Positions 9,865-19,713 of a stretch of DNA of 60,408 bases are shown here, piece by piece. The notes under the pieces are model-generated. The model was not told where the DNA came from. It saw nothing but the letters and a program-made list of their open reading frames with translations, and did no database searches. Every line of letters begins with the position of its first letter. Position 1 is the first letter of the stretch. The position numbers and the translations under genes are program-made. This DNA comes from an uncultured Enterorhabdus sp. (GTDB taxonomy: Bacteria > Actinomycetota > Coriobacteriia > Coriobacteriales > Eggerthellaceae). The DNA is taken from the NCBI GenBank assembly GCA_947573925.1, contig CANPHS010000001.1, positions 1 to 60,408 of the forward strand, read 5' to 3'.

Positions 9865-11517
9865 CTACCTGGGTTCCTCGTTGTTCAAGAGCCGGTGGCG
9901 GGACACCATGATGCGGAAGACGGTGAAGGCACCGAGGACGAAGGCGCCCACATAGCCGAGCACGCCGAGCAGCGGCACGCCCAGAAGCTGCGGCTGCATG
10001 TTCGTGGTACACAGAATGGACGAGCCCAAAAACAGCCCCGCCGACAGCAGCGCCAGCGACAGGCGCCCCACTGAGGCGTAGGCCGTGGCCAGGATGCGCG
10101 ACGACACGTCCAAATCGCCGTTCACCTTGATCTGGCCGCGGTCGATCATCTCCAGGGTGTTCGACAGCTGGGTGGGCAGCTTCGCCAGCGCCTCCACGGC
10201 CCCGGCGCTGTGAATCATGAGGTCCACGGCCCGCTGGGCCACGTACTTCGGGTCGGCCTGCTGGGCAATCACGTGCTTCGAGATGATCTCGATGACGCTC
10301 GTCTTCGGCGAAATCTGCGCGATGACCCCCTCGATGGTCACAAAACCGCGGGCCAGCATGGTCACCGACGATTCCATGATCATGTTCTGGTCGCGCAACA
10401 GCTCGATGATCTCGGTCATCACGATGCCGACGTTGATGTCCTTCAGCTCGGCGGTGCTGTACTCCTCCAAAAGCCGCGACAGCGCGTCCAGCAGCGCCCC
10501 GTGGTCCACGGGCCCCGTCACGCGCACGAGCCCCATGATGGCCTCTTTCAGCAGGTAGGTGTCGTCGGTGGCCACAGCGGTGAACACTTTGCCCACGAGC
10601 ATCCGTTCCGACGCGGTCAGCGAGCCCACCATCCCCAGGTCGATCCACACGATTTCCTTGCCGCGCACCAAAATGTTACCCGGGTGCGGGTCGGCGTGGA
10701 AGAACCCGTGGTCGAGCACCTGGGTCACGTAGCTCTGGCACACGCGCATGGCCAGCCGGTCCACGTCCACCCCGTCGGCCCGCAGCGCGTCCACCTTGGA
10801 AATCTCCGTGCCCTGGACGAACTCCATCACGAGCACCGCGTCGGTGGAGCAGTCCGGGTAGGGCACCGGCGAGGTGACCCCCTCTTCCCCGGCCAGCTCC
10901 TTGTGGAAGCGCACGAGGTTGCCAAGCTCGATGGTGAAGTCCACCTCGTTTTTGGTCGTGCGCTCAATTTCCTCCACGAAGCCCTCCAGGGACAGCAGCG
11001 TGTCGCGGTGGGCGTTGCTGGCGAATTCCGCCACGGCCAGCAGGTGCTTCATAAGCATGATGTCCTCGGTCATGGATTCCACCACCCCGGGACGGCGCAC
11101 CTTCACGGCCACCGTGGTGCCGTCCAGCAGCTGTGCCTTGTGCACCTGCGCAATGGAGGCTGCCCCCAGCGGCACCGGATCGATGGAGGCGAACACCTCG
11201 TGCCACGACTTCCCGTAGGATCGGTCGATCTGCTCGATCACCGTGGGGAAGGGCATGGGGTCCGCGTCGTCGCGCAGGGTTTCGAAGGCGTCGCAGTAGG
11301 CCTTGGGAATGAGGTCGGACCGGTTCGACATGAGCTGGCCGATCTTCACGTAGGTGGGGCCCAAGGCCTGCAGCACCTCCACGGCCTTGGCCGGCGTGAG
11401 GTCGCGCAGCACATGGTATTCGCGCATGATGTGCAGAATCTCGTTCATGCGCCTGTGAGAGGTCTTGTCCTCGATGGTGATCTGGGCGACCTTTACGAAT
11501 TCCTCGAACGTAGCCAC
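9865..11517 (-). CDS. AarF/UbiB/ABC1 family atypical kinase with C-terminal TM helices
   Basis: LGPTYVKIGQ, PLGAASIAQVH, VAVKVRRP, FFHADPHPGN, IDLGMVG. Confidence 0.92.
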   Translation of the reverse strand: MATFEEFVKVAQITIEDKTSHRRMNEILHIMREYHVLRDLTPAKAVEVLQALGPTYVKIGQLMSNRSDLIPKAYCDAFETLRDDADPMPFPTVIEQIDRSYGKSWHEVFASIDPVPLGAASIAQVHKAQLLDGTTVAVKVRRPGVVESMTEDIMLMKHLLAVAEFASNAHRDTLLSLEGFVEEIERTTKNEVDFTIELGNLVRFHKELAGEEGVTSPVPYPDCSTDAVLVMEFVQGTEISKVDALRADGVDVDRLAMRVCQSYVTQVLDHGFFHADPHPGNILVRGKEIVWIDLGMVGSLTASERMLVGKVFTAVATDDTYLLKEAIMGLVRVTGPVDHGALLDALSRLLEEYSTAELKDINVGIVMTEIIELLRDQNMIMESSVTMLARGFVTIEGVIAQISPKTSVIEIISKHVIAQQADPKYVAQRAVDLMIHSAGAVEALAKLPTQLSNTLEMIDRGQIKVNGDLDVSSRILATAYASVGRLSLALLSAGLFLGSSILCTTNMQPQLLGVPLLGVLGYVGAFVLGAFTVFRIMVSRHRLLNNEEPR

Positions 11518-11729
11518 GGGGCCCTCCTTTCCGGAAATCCCATACTACCGTGGGAAAAGGCGACCCCGCCGCTCACCTATTGACTTGGCGATAAGCCGTT
11601 TCTTCCCGCGCTCTTCCCCGGGCGCACTTGCAGCCCTCCCCGCGACCGCCTCCACGATCGTCCGCCTGAGTCCCAGCGAATACCTTGGTAACAGTTTTTG
11701 TCAAGACTTTCTCTCGAGGGAAGTTGTCG

Positions 11730-11735
11730 TATACT
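11730..11735 (+). promoter_or_regulatory. -10 element of the putative 6S RNA
   Basis: TATACT a few nt upstream of the closing stem. Confidence 0.6.
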
Positions 11736-11740
11736 AAAGG

Positions 11741-11910
11741 CAAGCCTTGTTCCCGCCATACTTTGCGATGGACCGACGTATTGAACTGAGGGAGCTTTAG
11801 AAGCTGGTGGAATGGAGATCCGTGTCCGTTGATACGGAAGCCAGGAACCCAGATGCGAGCACCCACCTTGTGAGGTGGGTTCATCCTCGGGCGGGGGCAG
11901 GGCATTTTTT
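11741..11910 (+). ncRNA. ssrS: 6S RNA (SsrS), probable
   Basis: Closing stem GCCTTGTTCCCGCC/GGCGGGGGCAGGGC plus T-run; 6S-type segments GACCGAC...GGGAGC and GCACCCACCT...GGGTTCA recognised from Firmicutes-type 6S RNAs; ~165 nt, intergenic. Confidence 0.78.
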
Positions 11911-12769
11911 ATTTTGCCGTGTCCTTCACGGGAAGCAGGGTGCCGGTGGCGTCGGTCATGGGAGTGCCGGTCAGGGCGCCCATTTCTTCTTCCACCAGAT
12001 GGTTGTGCACGTAGGGAGCGATGGCGCGGATGGCGGCGTCGGTAGCGTGGCTGGCCTTGTCCGCATCGGCGATGGTGAAGCTGAGCGACCCCTTGAAGCC
12101 CCGGTCGGTGATGGCGCTAAAACTGACCGACGGCCCCTTCTTGATCTTGCTCACCCGGGAGACGGCCTGCCGGGCCGCATCCTCGATGTGATGGGCCGTG
12201 GCGGTCAGGCGCTCCGAATTGGTGGTCACCACCAGGGGAATGGAAATGTCGTTCAGGGGCGACAGCTTCGCCACGGCCGTGGAGGTCATGAGCGAGTTCG
12301 GGATGTTGATGAGGTTGCCCGAGCTGTCCACGATGGAGGTGTAACGCCAGGTGACGTCCTGCACCACGCCGCTGACGCCCGAGGGCCCCATGCGGATGTT
12401 GTCGCCGGGCTCCACGCTGCGAGACAGGCTCACCTGCAGGCCGCCGAGCAGATTCGACAGCGTGTCCTGAAAGCCCAGGGAAATGGCGATACCGACGACG
12501 CCGAGGCCGGTGACCATGGCGTTCACGTTCACGTTGAAGCAGATGGAAAGCACGCAGGCCACGCCGATGATCCACACCACCACGCGCACCAGGTTGATGA
12601 AGATGGAGCTGGAGGGCAGAAGCGTCGTGCGATCCAAAATGCGCCGCATGAAGGCCACGGTGACCCGCGACACCACGAGGGTGATAACCAGGATGACCAC
12701 CATGGCAAGCACCGTGTTGAACCAATCGGCGTGGATGAACTTGCTGAGTATGTCGACGATATGCTCCAT
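11909..12769 (-). CDS. mscS: MscS-family mechanosensitive channel
   Basis: TM helices, GLGVVGIAISLGFQDTLSNLLGGL, PGDNI, GVVQDVTWRYT, IPNS. Confidence 0.9.
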   Translation of the reverse strand: MEHIVDILSKFIHADWFNTVLAMVVILVITLVVSRVTVAFMRRILDRTTLLPSSSIFINLVRVVVWIIGVACVLSICFNVNVNAMVTGLGVVGIAISLGFQDTLSNLLGGLQVSLSRSVEPGDNIRMGPSGVSGVVQDVTWRYTSIVDSSGNLINIPNSLMTSTAVAKLSPLNDISIPLVVTTNSERLTATAHHIEDAARQAVSRVSKIKKGPSVSFSAITDRGFKGSLSFTIADADKASHATDAAIRAIAPYVHNHLVEEEMGALTGTPMTDATGTLLPVKDTAK

Positions 12770-12784
12770 GACCCCATTATAAGA

Positions 12785-12814
12785 GCGGCCCCCTCTTCCG
12801 CGAGAGGGGGCCGC
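12785..12814 (-). terminator. Hairpin downstream of pknB
   Basis: GCGGCCCCCTCT/AGAGGGGGCCGC stem. Confidence 0.55.
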
Positions 12815-12841
12815 CCGTCTTCATCGTATCGTTGCAGAACC

Positions 12842-12909
12842 GGGACGCCCTACCGGGTAAGCTGTCCCACTTTCGCGAAAGTGGGACAGCATGCCGGGCA
12901 TGGCGTCCC
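12842..12909. repeat. REP-like palindromic element
   Basis: Perfect 30-bp palindrome GCTGTCCCACTTTCGCGAAAGTGGGACAGC (12861-12890) inside GGGACGCC/GGCGTCCC arms. Confidence 0.7.
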
Positions 12910-12931
12910 ACCTGGCGTCCCGCTGCACAGG

Positions 12932-15010
12932 CTAGCTGGCGGGGGTTTGGGTGCCGCCCTGGGTGTCCTGGTCGCCCTCGGAGGGCGTGGAGGGATCGGT
13001 GCCCGGGTTCGAAGGCTCGGGCTCGCTGGGAGTGGTGGGCTGAGAGGGTTGGCTCGGCTCGGGGCCCTTGCTCACGATGACAGAGATAGTGGCACCGGGC
13101 TCGGCCGTACCGCTCGACGGGCTCTGGTCGATAACCTGGCCCTTCGGCGCATCGCTGTACTCCTCGCCGTCGATGGACATCTTGAAGCCGGCATTGCTCA
13201 GCTTGCTCTTGGCGTCGTTCTTGGAAAGCCCCACCACGTTCGGCACGTCGGCCTCGTCGGGGCCTTCGCTCACGGTGATCTTCACCGTGGAGCCGGGCTT
13301 CACCTTGTCGTTCAGGGGATCCTGCTTGGACACGGTGCCCTCGTCCTTGTCGCTGTGCTCGCGGCGCACATCCACGCCGAAGCCCTCGGCCTTCAGCATC
13401 CGCGTGGCCTCCTCCTCGGTGGAGCCGATCACGTTGGGCGCTTGTACCAGTTCCTCGCCGCGGGACACCACGTACTCGATCTGGGTTCCCTTCGGCACCG
13501 AGGAGCCGGCCGAGGGGCTCTGGTCCATAATGTGGCCGTCCGCCACGGAATCGGAGTAGCCGCTTTCCTTCTCGGCCACGGTCAGGCCCAGCTTCTCAGC
13601 CTCGGACCGGGCCTGCTCCGGCGTCATGTTGTACAGGTCGGGCACCGACACCGATTCGTCGCCCTGGGACACCACCAGGTTCACCTTGGTGCCCTTGGCC
13701 GCCTTGCCCGACGGATCCTGGCTGATAACCAGGCCCGGCTCCACATTGTCGTCGAAGGTCTCGCTCACCATGCCCACCTCGAAACCGGCCCGATTCAGCT
13801 CGTTTTGGGCATCGGCCTGGGTCTTGCCCGTCACGTTGGGCACGTCCACCATCTCGCCCGAGGCCGCACCGCCGGCCAAGGCGAAGGCAATGCCCGCGAC
13901 AAGGGCCACGGCCAACACGGCCACCAGGGCGATAATCAGCGGCTTCTTGCTCTTCTTCGGCGCGGTGTGGGAATCGCGGTAGTTCGTGGCCTGGAAGCTG
14001 CCCGTGGCGCTGGGGCTGCTTGCGCCGCCGTGCATGACCGGCATGGCCTGGGTACCCTCCACCGCCGGCACGCCGCCCATGACAGCCGTGGCCGCCGCGG
14101 TGTTCACGCCCACAGGCGCCCCCATCATCTGGGTGCGGGCGCTGCCGAAGGCCGCGCCGGCCGGCAGGGTGACGGGCCGTCCGGCCAGGTAGTCGTTCAG
14201 GGCCATGCGCATGTCGTTGGCCGTGGCAAAGCGCTCGGCGGGGTTCTTCGCCAGGGCCACCATGATGATGTCCTCGAGATCGGGGTCGATATCGGGGTTG
14301 ACGGACGACGGCGGCGCCGGCTCGTCCTTCACCTGCTGGAGGGCCACCGACACCGCATCGGGACCGTCGAAGGGCAGCCGGCCCGTGGTAGCCTCGTACA
14401 GCACAATGCCCAGCGAGTAAATGTCGCTGGCGGCGGTGAGGTCTTTGCCCTGGGCCTGTTCCGGGGAAATGTAGTGGGCGGTGCCCAGCACGGCCGAGGT
14501 CTTGTCGTTCACGGAATTCTTCGCCCGGGCAATGCCGAAGTCCATCACCTTCACGTTGCCGTCGGGCTGCACCATGATGTTCTGCGGCTTGATGTCGCGG
14601 TGGATGATGTCCTGGTTGTGGGCCACGGTGAGGGCCTGGCACACCTGGGAGCCGATCTCGGCCACCTTGCGCTGGTTGATGGCGCCACGCTGGTTGATGG
14701 CGGTCTTGAGGTCGGATCCGCGGACGAACTCCATGACGATGAAGTAGGTGCCCTCGTCCTGGCCCCAGTCGTAGACGTTGACGATGTAGGGGCTCTGGAG
14801 GTTGGCCGCCGCCGCGGCTTCCTGGCGGAAGCGGCGCGTGAACTCGGCGTCGGCGGCGTACTGGGGGAGCATCACCTTGACGGCCACGACGCGGCCCAGG
14901 ACGTTGTCCTGCGCCTGGTAGACCTCGGCCATGCCGCCGATGCCGATGCGATCCCGCACCTCATAGCGGCCGCTGAGGGTGCGCCCCGTCATTGAATCCT
15001 GTCCGGTCAC
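12932..15010 (-). CDS. pknB: PASTA-domain Ser/Thr protein kinase (PknB/Stk1), 4 PASTA repeats
   Basis: GIGGMAEVY, VAVK, HRDIKPQN, DFGIAR, GTAHYISPEQ; TM; four VPNV-like PASTA starts. Confidence 0.95.
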   Translation of the reverse strand: MTGQDSMTGRTLSGRYEVRDRIGIGGMAEVYQAQDNVLGRVVAVKVMLPQYAADAEFTRRFRQEAAAAANLQSPYIVNVYDWGQDEGTYFIVMEFVRGSDLKTAINQRGAINQRKVAEIGSQVCQALTVAHNQDIIHRDIKPQNIMVQPDGNVKVMDFGIARAKNSVNDKTSAVLGTAHYISPEQAQGKDLTAASDIYSLGIVLYEATTGRLPFDGPDAVSVALQQVKDEPAPPSSVNPDIDPDLEDIIMVALAKNPAERFATANDMRMALNDYLAGRPVTLPAGAAFGSARTQMMGAPVGVNTAAATAVMGGVPAVEGTQAMPVMHGGASSPSATGSFQATNYRDSHTAPKKSKKPLIIALVAVLAVALVAGIAFALAGGAASGEMVDVPNVTGKTQADAQNELNRAGFEVGMVSETFDDNVEPGLVISQDPSGKAAKGTKVNLVVSQGDESVSVPDLYNMTPEQARSEAEKLGLTVAEKESGYSDSVADGHIMDQSPSAGSSVPKGTQIEYVVSRGEELVQAPNVIGSTEEEATRMLKAEGFGVDVRREHSDKDEGTVSKQDPLNDKVKPGSTVKITVSEGPDEADVPNVVGLSKNDAKSKLSNAGFKMSIDGEEYSDAPKGQVIDQSPSSGTAEPGATISVIVSKGPEPSQPSQPTTPSEPEPSNPGTDPSTPSEGDQDTQGGTQTPAS

Positions 15011-15177
15011 CTTGGGAACTCCTTTTTACTCACATCTGCTGCGTATCTGGTTCGTGTATGCGGTAAGGCAAATCTACTTCATTGTACTAAATGACCGCGC
15101 CTTCTCGCATCCTCTCACCAAAAGTCGTAACTACATCATTGCCATTTATCCCGCGATCGGCCGCGCCGATGCCGCGC

Positions 15178-17961
15178 CTATGCCAGGCCCTGCACCTGCA
15201 GGGCCGTCTCGAGCACCCCGCGGGCCGCGCCGGCGCCTGCCCCCGACTCGCCCTTCTCGATGACGACAGCCACCACCACGCGCGGGTTGTCCGCCGGCGC
15301 CATGCCGACGAACCAGCTGTTGGAGGTGCCGTCGCCGCGCTCGGCCGTGCCCGTCTTGCCGGCCACGTCCACGCCGTTGATGCGCGCGGCCGTGCCGGTG
15401 CCGTCGGTCACGACGCCGCGCAGCACGGTGAGCACGCGGTCGGCCGTGGCCTTCCCCACGGCCTGCCCCAGCTTCGCCGGCTGGGCCGTGAAGCTGCGCT
15501 TGCCGCTGGCGTTGTAGATGCCGTCGACCAGGTAGGGCTGCATGATGGTGCCGTCGTTGGCGATGGCGCAGCCGGCGAGCGCCATCTCGAGCACCGTGGC
15601 CTGGGGGCCGGCGGGGCTCTCGTGCTCGCCGACGGGCTCGCCGCAGGCGGCCCACGCCGTCTCCCACTCGGTCATTTCCTCGGGGTTGGGCATGAGCGAC
15701 ATGGCCAGGGGCACATCGAAGTCGATGTTCTCGTTGAAGCCGAAGCTGCAGGCCATGTTCACGAGCAAGTCGGCACCCAACTGCACGCCCACCTGGCCGA
15801 ACACCGTGTTCGACGAGTACCACATGGCCTGCTCCAGGGTAATTTTCCCGTAGGAGCGCTTCTTCACGTTGGCCACCGGCGCGTTGCCGATATCCATTTC
15901 GCCAGGCGAATCGTAGATGGAATTGGCCTGGGCGATGCCGTCCTGCAGGGCTGCGGCCAGGGTGACCATCTTGAAGGTGGAGCCCGGGGCGTACAGCGCC
16001 TGGGTGGCGCGGTTGAACAGCTCGGAGGAATCGCTCGCGTTGTCGGCGGCCTTCGTCAGCAGCGTCTCGTAATCGGCGGCGTCGAAGGTGGGCGACGAGG
16101 CCAAAGCGTACACGGCCCCGGTTTCGGGATTCATGGCCACGACGGCTCCCACCTGGCCTTCCAGGGCGTCTTGGGCCGCCTTCTGAATGGTGGAGTCAAT
16201 GGTGAGCGTGACGTCGTTGCCCTTGGTCTGAATGCCCGCGAGCGAATTCACCACGTCGGTGAAGCTGGCATAATGCTGCTCGCCGCGCAGGGCGTCGTTG
16301 TAGGCCGCCTCGATGCCGGCGGTGCCGAACTTCTGGGACGAGTAGCCCACGATATGGGCGGCCAGGGTGCCGGCCGGGTACTCGCGCTCGTAGCTGCCGT
16401 CGTCCTGGCGCACCGATTGGGCCAGCACCACGCCGTCCACGGTGGAAATGGTGCCCCGCTCCATCTTCGCCTGGCGGGCCAGGGTGTGGTTGTTGCTGGG
16501 CATGGCCTGGTATTCCGGCGCCTTGATAATCATGAGGTACGTGAGGTTCGCCACTAGCACGGCGAACAGCACCGAGAAGATGATCATGGTGCCCGTGAGC
16601 CGCTTGCCCAGGGCCACGCGGCCCAGCACCGCATCGGCGCCGTGGCTGCCGATGGCCCCGGTCTGGCGCATTTCCTCGCCCACGCCAGTGCCCTCGTCGC
16701 CGCAGCGCAGCAGGCAGCCGAGAATGATGAAGCTGGCCAGCAGCGACGAGCCGCCCTGGCTCACGAAGGGCAGGGTGATACCGGTCAGCGGGATGAGCTT
16801 GGTCACGCCGCCCACGATGATGAAGGCCTGCAGCACGATGATGGAGGTAAGGCCCACGGCGGTGAACGAGCTCACATCGGACTTGGCCCGGGCCGCCGTC
16901 ACAATGCCGCGAATGGCGAAGCACAGGTACAAAAGCAGCATGCCGGCCGCGCCCATAAGGCCCGTCTCCTCGGCAATGACCGGGAAGATGAAGTCGCTCT
17001 CGGCCACGGGAATGCCGCCGGCTTCCACCGGGCCGCCGCCCATGCCCCGGCCGATGCCCGTGCCGAACAGGTCGCCATCGGCGATGGAGAACAGCGACTG
17101 CACCAGCTGGAAGCCGCCTTCCTGGGCGTAGGCGAAGGGATCCATCCAAATTTCCACGCGGGTGCGCACGTGGCCCATCATGCCGTACAGCGCCACGGCG
17201 GCAACAGCCGCCAGCCCGATGGACACCACCAGGTACATCTTCTTCCCCGTGGCCACGTACAGCATAATGACGAACACGCTGAACAGCACGAGGGCCAGGC
17301 CCAGGTCCTTCTCCAGCACGACCACGACGAACGCGAGCGCCCACATAATGATGAGCGGGATGAGCGTGGGCAGGCTGGGCAGATGGAAGGGGCCCAGCTT
17401 CTGGGTGAACACCGAGAGCATCTCCCGGTTGGCCGCCAGGTAGGCGGCGATGAAGAACACGATGAGAATCTTCGCGATTTCCCCGGGCTGGAAGGTGAAG
17501 GAGCCGAATTGCAGCCACAGGCGCGCGCCGCCGATTTCCGTGCCGATGACGGGAATCATGGGCGAGAGCAGCAGCAGAATGCCCACGATGACGAGGGTGT
17601 ACTTGTAGCCGGCCAGCTTATCCAGGTTGCGGATCAGGTCCAGCACGACCACCATAAGGGCCACGCCGATGAACAGCCACAGAACCTGGCCCACGGCGTG
17701 GCCGGGGGCAATGCGGGTGACGAAGGCGATGCCGATGCCCGACAGGGCGAAGGTAATGGGCAGAAGCGCCGGGTCGGCCGCCGGGGCAAGCCAGCGCACG
17801 GCCAAATGGGCCACGATGAAGGCCGCGAAGATGCCGAGGGGCACGCCGAGGGTGTTCACGGACAGCTCCTGGCCGCCGGTGACCACCATCATGGCGAACA
17901 GCACGATAACGATAGGCGAGGCTATCACCAGAAGCAGCAGCTCTATGTTGCGGCGAGTCAC
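15178..17961 (-). CDS. Fused RodA/FtsW (SEDS) glycosyltransferase + PbpA-type transpeptidase
   Basis: FQPGEIAK, EKDLG, SDFIF, LTGITLPFVSQGGSS, then PGSTFK, SSN, KTG motifs in one frame; GTG start at 17961. Confidence 0.92.
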   Translation of the reverse strand: MTRRNIELLLLVIASPIVIVLFAMMVVTGGQELSVNTLGVPLGIFAAFIVAHLAVRWLAPAADPALLPITFALSGIGIAFVTRIAPGHAVGQVLWLFIGVALMVVVLDLIRNLDKLAGYKYTLVIVGILLLLSPMIPVIGTEIGGARLWLQFGSFTFQPGEIAKILIVFFIAAYLAANREMLSVFTQKLGPFHLPSLPTLIPLIIMWALAFVVVVLEKDLGLALVLFSVFVIMLYVATGKKMYLVVSIGLAAVAAVALYGMMGHVRTRVEIWMDPFAYAQEGGFQLVQSLFSIADGDLFGTGIGRGMGGGPVEAGGIPVAESDFIFPVIAEETGLMGAAGMLLLYLCFAIRGIVTAARAKSDVSSFTAVGLTSIIVLQAFIIVGGVTKLIPLTGITLPFVSQGGSSLLASFIILGCLLRCGDEGTGVGEEMRQTGAIGSHGADAVLGRVALGKRLTGTMIIFSVLFAVLVANLTYLMIIKAPEYQAMPSNNHTLARQAKMERGTISTVDGVVLAQSVRQDDGSYEREYPAGTLAAHIVGYSSQKFGTAGIEAAYNDALRGEQHYASFTDVVNSLAGIQTKGNDVTLTIDSTIQKAAQDALEGQVGAVVAMNPETGAVYALASSPTFDAADYETLLTKAADNASDSSELFNRATQALYAPGSTFKMVTLAAALQDGIAQANSIYDSPGEMDIGNAPVANVKKRSYGKITLEQAMWYSSNTVFGQVGVQLGADLLVNMACSFGFNENIDFDVPLAMSLMPNPEEMTEWETAWAACGEPVGEHESPAGPQATVLEMALAGCAIANDGTIMQPYLVDGIYNASGKRSFTAQPAKLGQAVGKATADRVLTVLRGVVTDGTGTAARINGVDVAGKTGTAERGDGTSNSWFVGMAPADNPRVVVAVVIEKGESGAGAGAARGVLETALQVQGLA

Positions 17962-17968
17962 GGGCGCA

Positions 17969-19285
17969 TCACCTCGCGGGCTCCGCGGGGTTGGCGGGCG
18001 TCGCGGGGGCAGAATCGGCGGGGGGCGCCGGGTTGGCCTGGCCGTTTTGGGGCGCGGTGCCGTCGGCCGGGCTGGCCGGGGCCGGTGTCGTCGGCTGGGT
18101 GCCGTCGGCCGGGTTGGCCGGCTCGGCCGGATCGGCGCCGGTGGCAGCCGCGCCATCGCCGGCCGCAGCGGCGGCCGCTTCTTGGGCGGCGGCCTCCTCG
18201 GCGGCCTTCCGGTCGGCGATGTCGGTTTCGTATTCCTTCACCAGAGCCTCGGCGGCATCCAGGTTGTCCACCTTGATGCCCTCTTCCCGCAGGCGGTTGG
18301 CCGTGCCCGGCTGCAGCTCGTCCACCGCCACATCGGTGACACGCACCAGCTTGTGGGCGGAAAACCCGAACAATTCCCCGGGAACGCCCTGGTAAATGAC
18401 AACCTTGCCATCCTGTTCCACCAAGTAGGCGGCGTTAGTGGCCAGGTAGTTGAACCCGTAGGCGCAAGCCCCCAGCACGCCCACCAACAGCAACGACAGC
18501 ATAATGGCCGTGGCCCGGGCGCGGCGGGTCATCTTACGGCGGCGCTGCTCGGCGAGGCCCGTCACGTCCACCACGATGACGGTCACGTTGTCGTAACCGC
18601 CCCGGCCGTTGGCCTCGTTCACCAGTTGGGCCGCGCAACGCTGCGGATCCGTGGCGCTCACGAGAATCTTCTCGATCTCGCGATCTTCCAGCATGGTGGA
18701 CAGGCCGTCGGAGCACAGCAGCAGGCGGTCGCCGGCTTCCACGTTGATTTCGAACAGGTCGGGCTGGGTGCGCGGATCGCTGCCCAAAGCCCGCGTGATG
18801 ACCGAGCGCTGGGGATGCACCCGTGCCTCGGCCTCGGTAATCTGCCCCGCCTCGATGAGGTCGGCCACCAGCGAGTGGTCGCGGGTCAGCTGCTGGAGCT
18901 TCCCCTGATGCAAAAGATAGGCCCGCGAGTCGCCCACCTGGGCGATAACCAGGCGTTCCTTCTCCAGGATAGCGGCAGTGCAGGTGCAGCCCATGCCGGC
19001 GCGGCCCACCCCTTCCCGGGCGGCCTTGATAATGGCCAGGTTGGCCTCCTCCACCGCCTGGCCGAGGGCCGCCGCATCGGCGTGGTCGGGAGCGCGGTCG
19101 GCAATGACGTCCACGGCAATTTCCGAAGCCACTTCCCCGGCGGCGTGGCCGCCCATGCCGTCGCACACCACGTACAGCGGCGGCGCCACGACCAGGGAGT
19201 CTTCGTTGTGCTCGCGCACGCAGCCCACATCGGTGCGGCTGCCGAACGGCGTTTGGACTTTCTTGCGCCCCTTCGCCCGGCCCAT
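17969..19285 (-). CDS. pstP: PP2C-family Ser/Thr phosphatase (PstP/Stp1) with TM and extracellular tail
   Basis: REHNEDS, VCDGMGGHAAGEVAS, QVGDSRAY, LCSDGL, GGYDNVT. Confidence 0.93.
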   Translation of the reverse strand: MGRAKGRKKVQTPFGSRTDVGCVREHNEDSLVVAPPLYVVCDGMGGHAAGEVASEIAVDVIADRAPDHADAAALGQAVEEANLAIIKAAREGVGRAGMGCTCTAAILEKERLVIAQVGDSRAYLLHQGKLQQLTRDHSLVADLIEAGQITEAEARVHPQRSVITRALGSDPRTQPDLFEINVEAGDRLLLCSDGLSTMLEDREIEKILVSATDPQRCAAQLVNEANGRGGYDNVTVIVVDVTGLAEQRRRKMTRRARATAIMLSLLLVGVLGACAYGFNYLATNAAYLVEQDGKVVIYQGVPGELFGFSAHKLVRVTDVAVDELQPGTANRLREEGIKVDNLDAAEALVKEYETDIADRKAAEEAAAQEAAAAAAGDGAAATGADPAEPANPADGTQPTTPAPASPADGTAPQNGQANPAPPADSAPATPANPAEPAR

Positions 19286-19673
19286 TACTGGTTCCTCACG
19301 CGAATGTCGACATCACCAATGGTGACCAGGTCTTTGTTGCGCAGGGCCACTGGGTCGTGAATGGGGCGGCCGTTCACTGCCGTGCCGTTCTTCGACCCCA
19401 GATCTTCCACGAACAGGTTCTGGCCCATGAGCTGGAACCGCGCGTGGCGGCCCGACACATAGCCGGGCTGCGGCCTACAATGACCGGCCCGTGCACGGCG
19501 ATGGACACGCCGCGCAGCTCCTTCGGACCGCGTTCCACCGACACGGTCCAGGAGCGCTCCTTTTTGCGGGAGCCCTTCACCATGCCGATGCCCGTGCGCA
19601 TAATGGCGAACAGGAACAAGTAGAGCAGCGCCACGAACAACAGACGCGCTATGAGCAGTACGAGATCAATCAC
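19285..19673 (-). pseudogene. fhaB: FhaB/FipA-like membrane FHA protein, frameshifted near 19465
   Basis: TM + ...PVIVGRSP in one frame continues as GYVSGRHARF...EDLGSKNGT...IGDVDIRVRNQ* in another; length 389 nt is not a multiple of 3. Confidence 0.8.
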
Positions 19674-19713
19674 CCGGTATCCTCCTTGGCTCGCGCTGAC
19701 CGACGAGGGCCGG

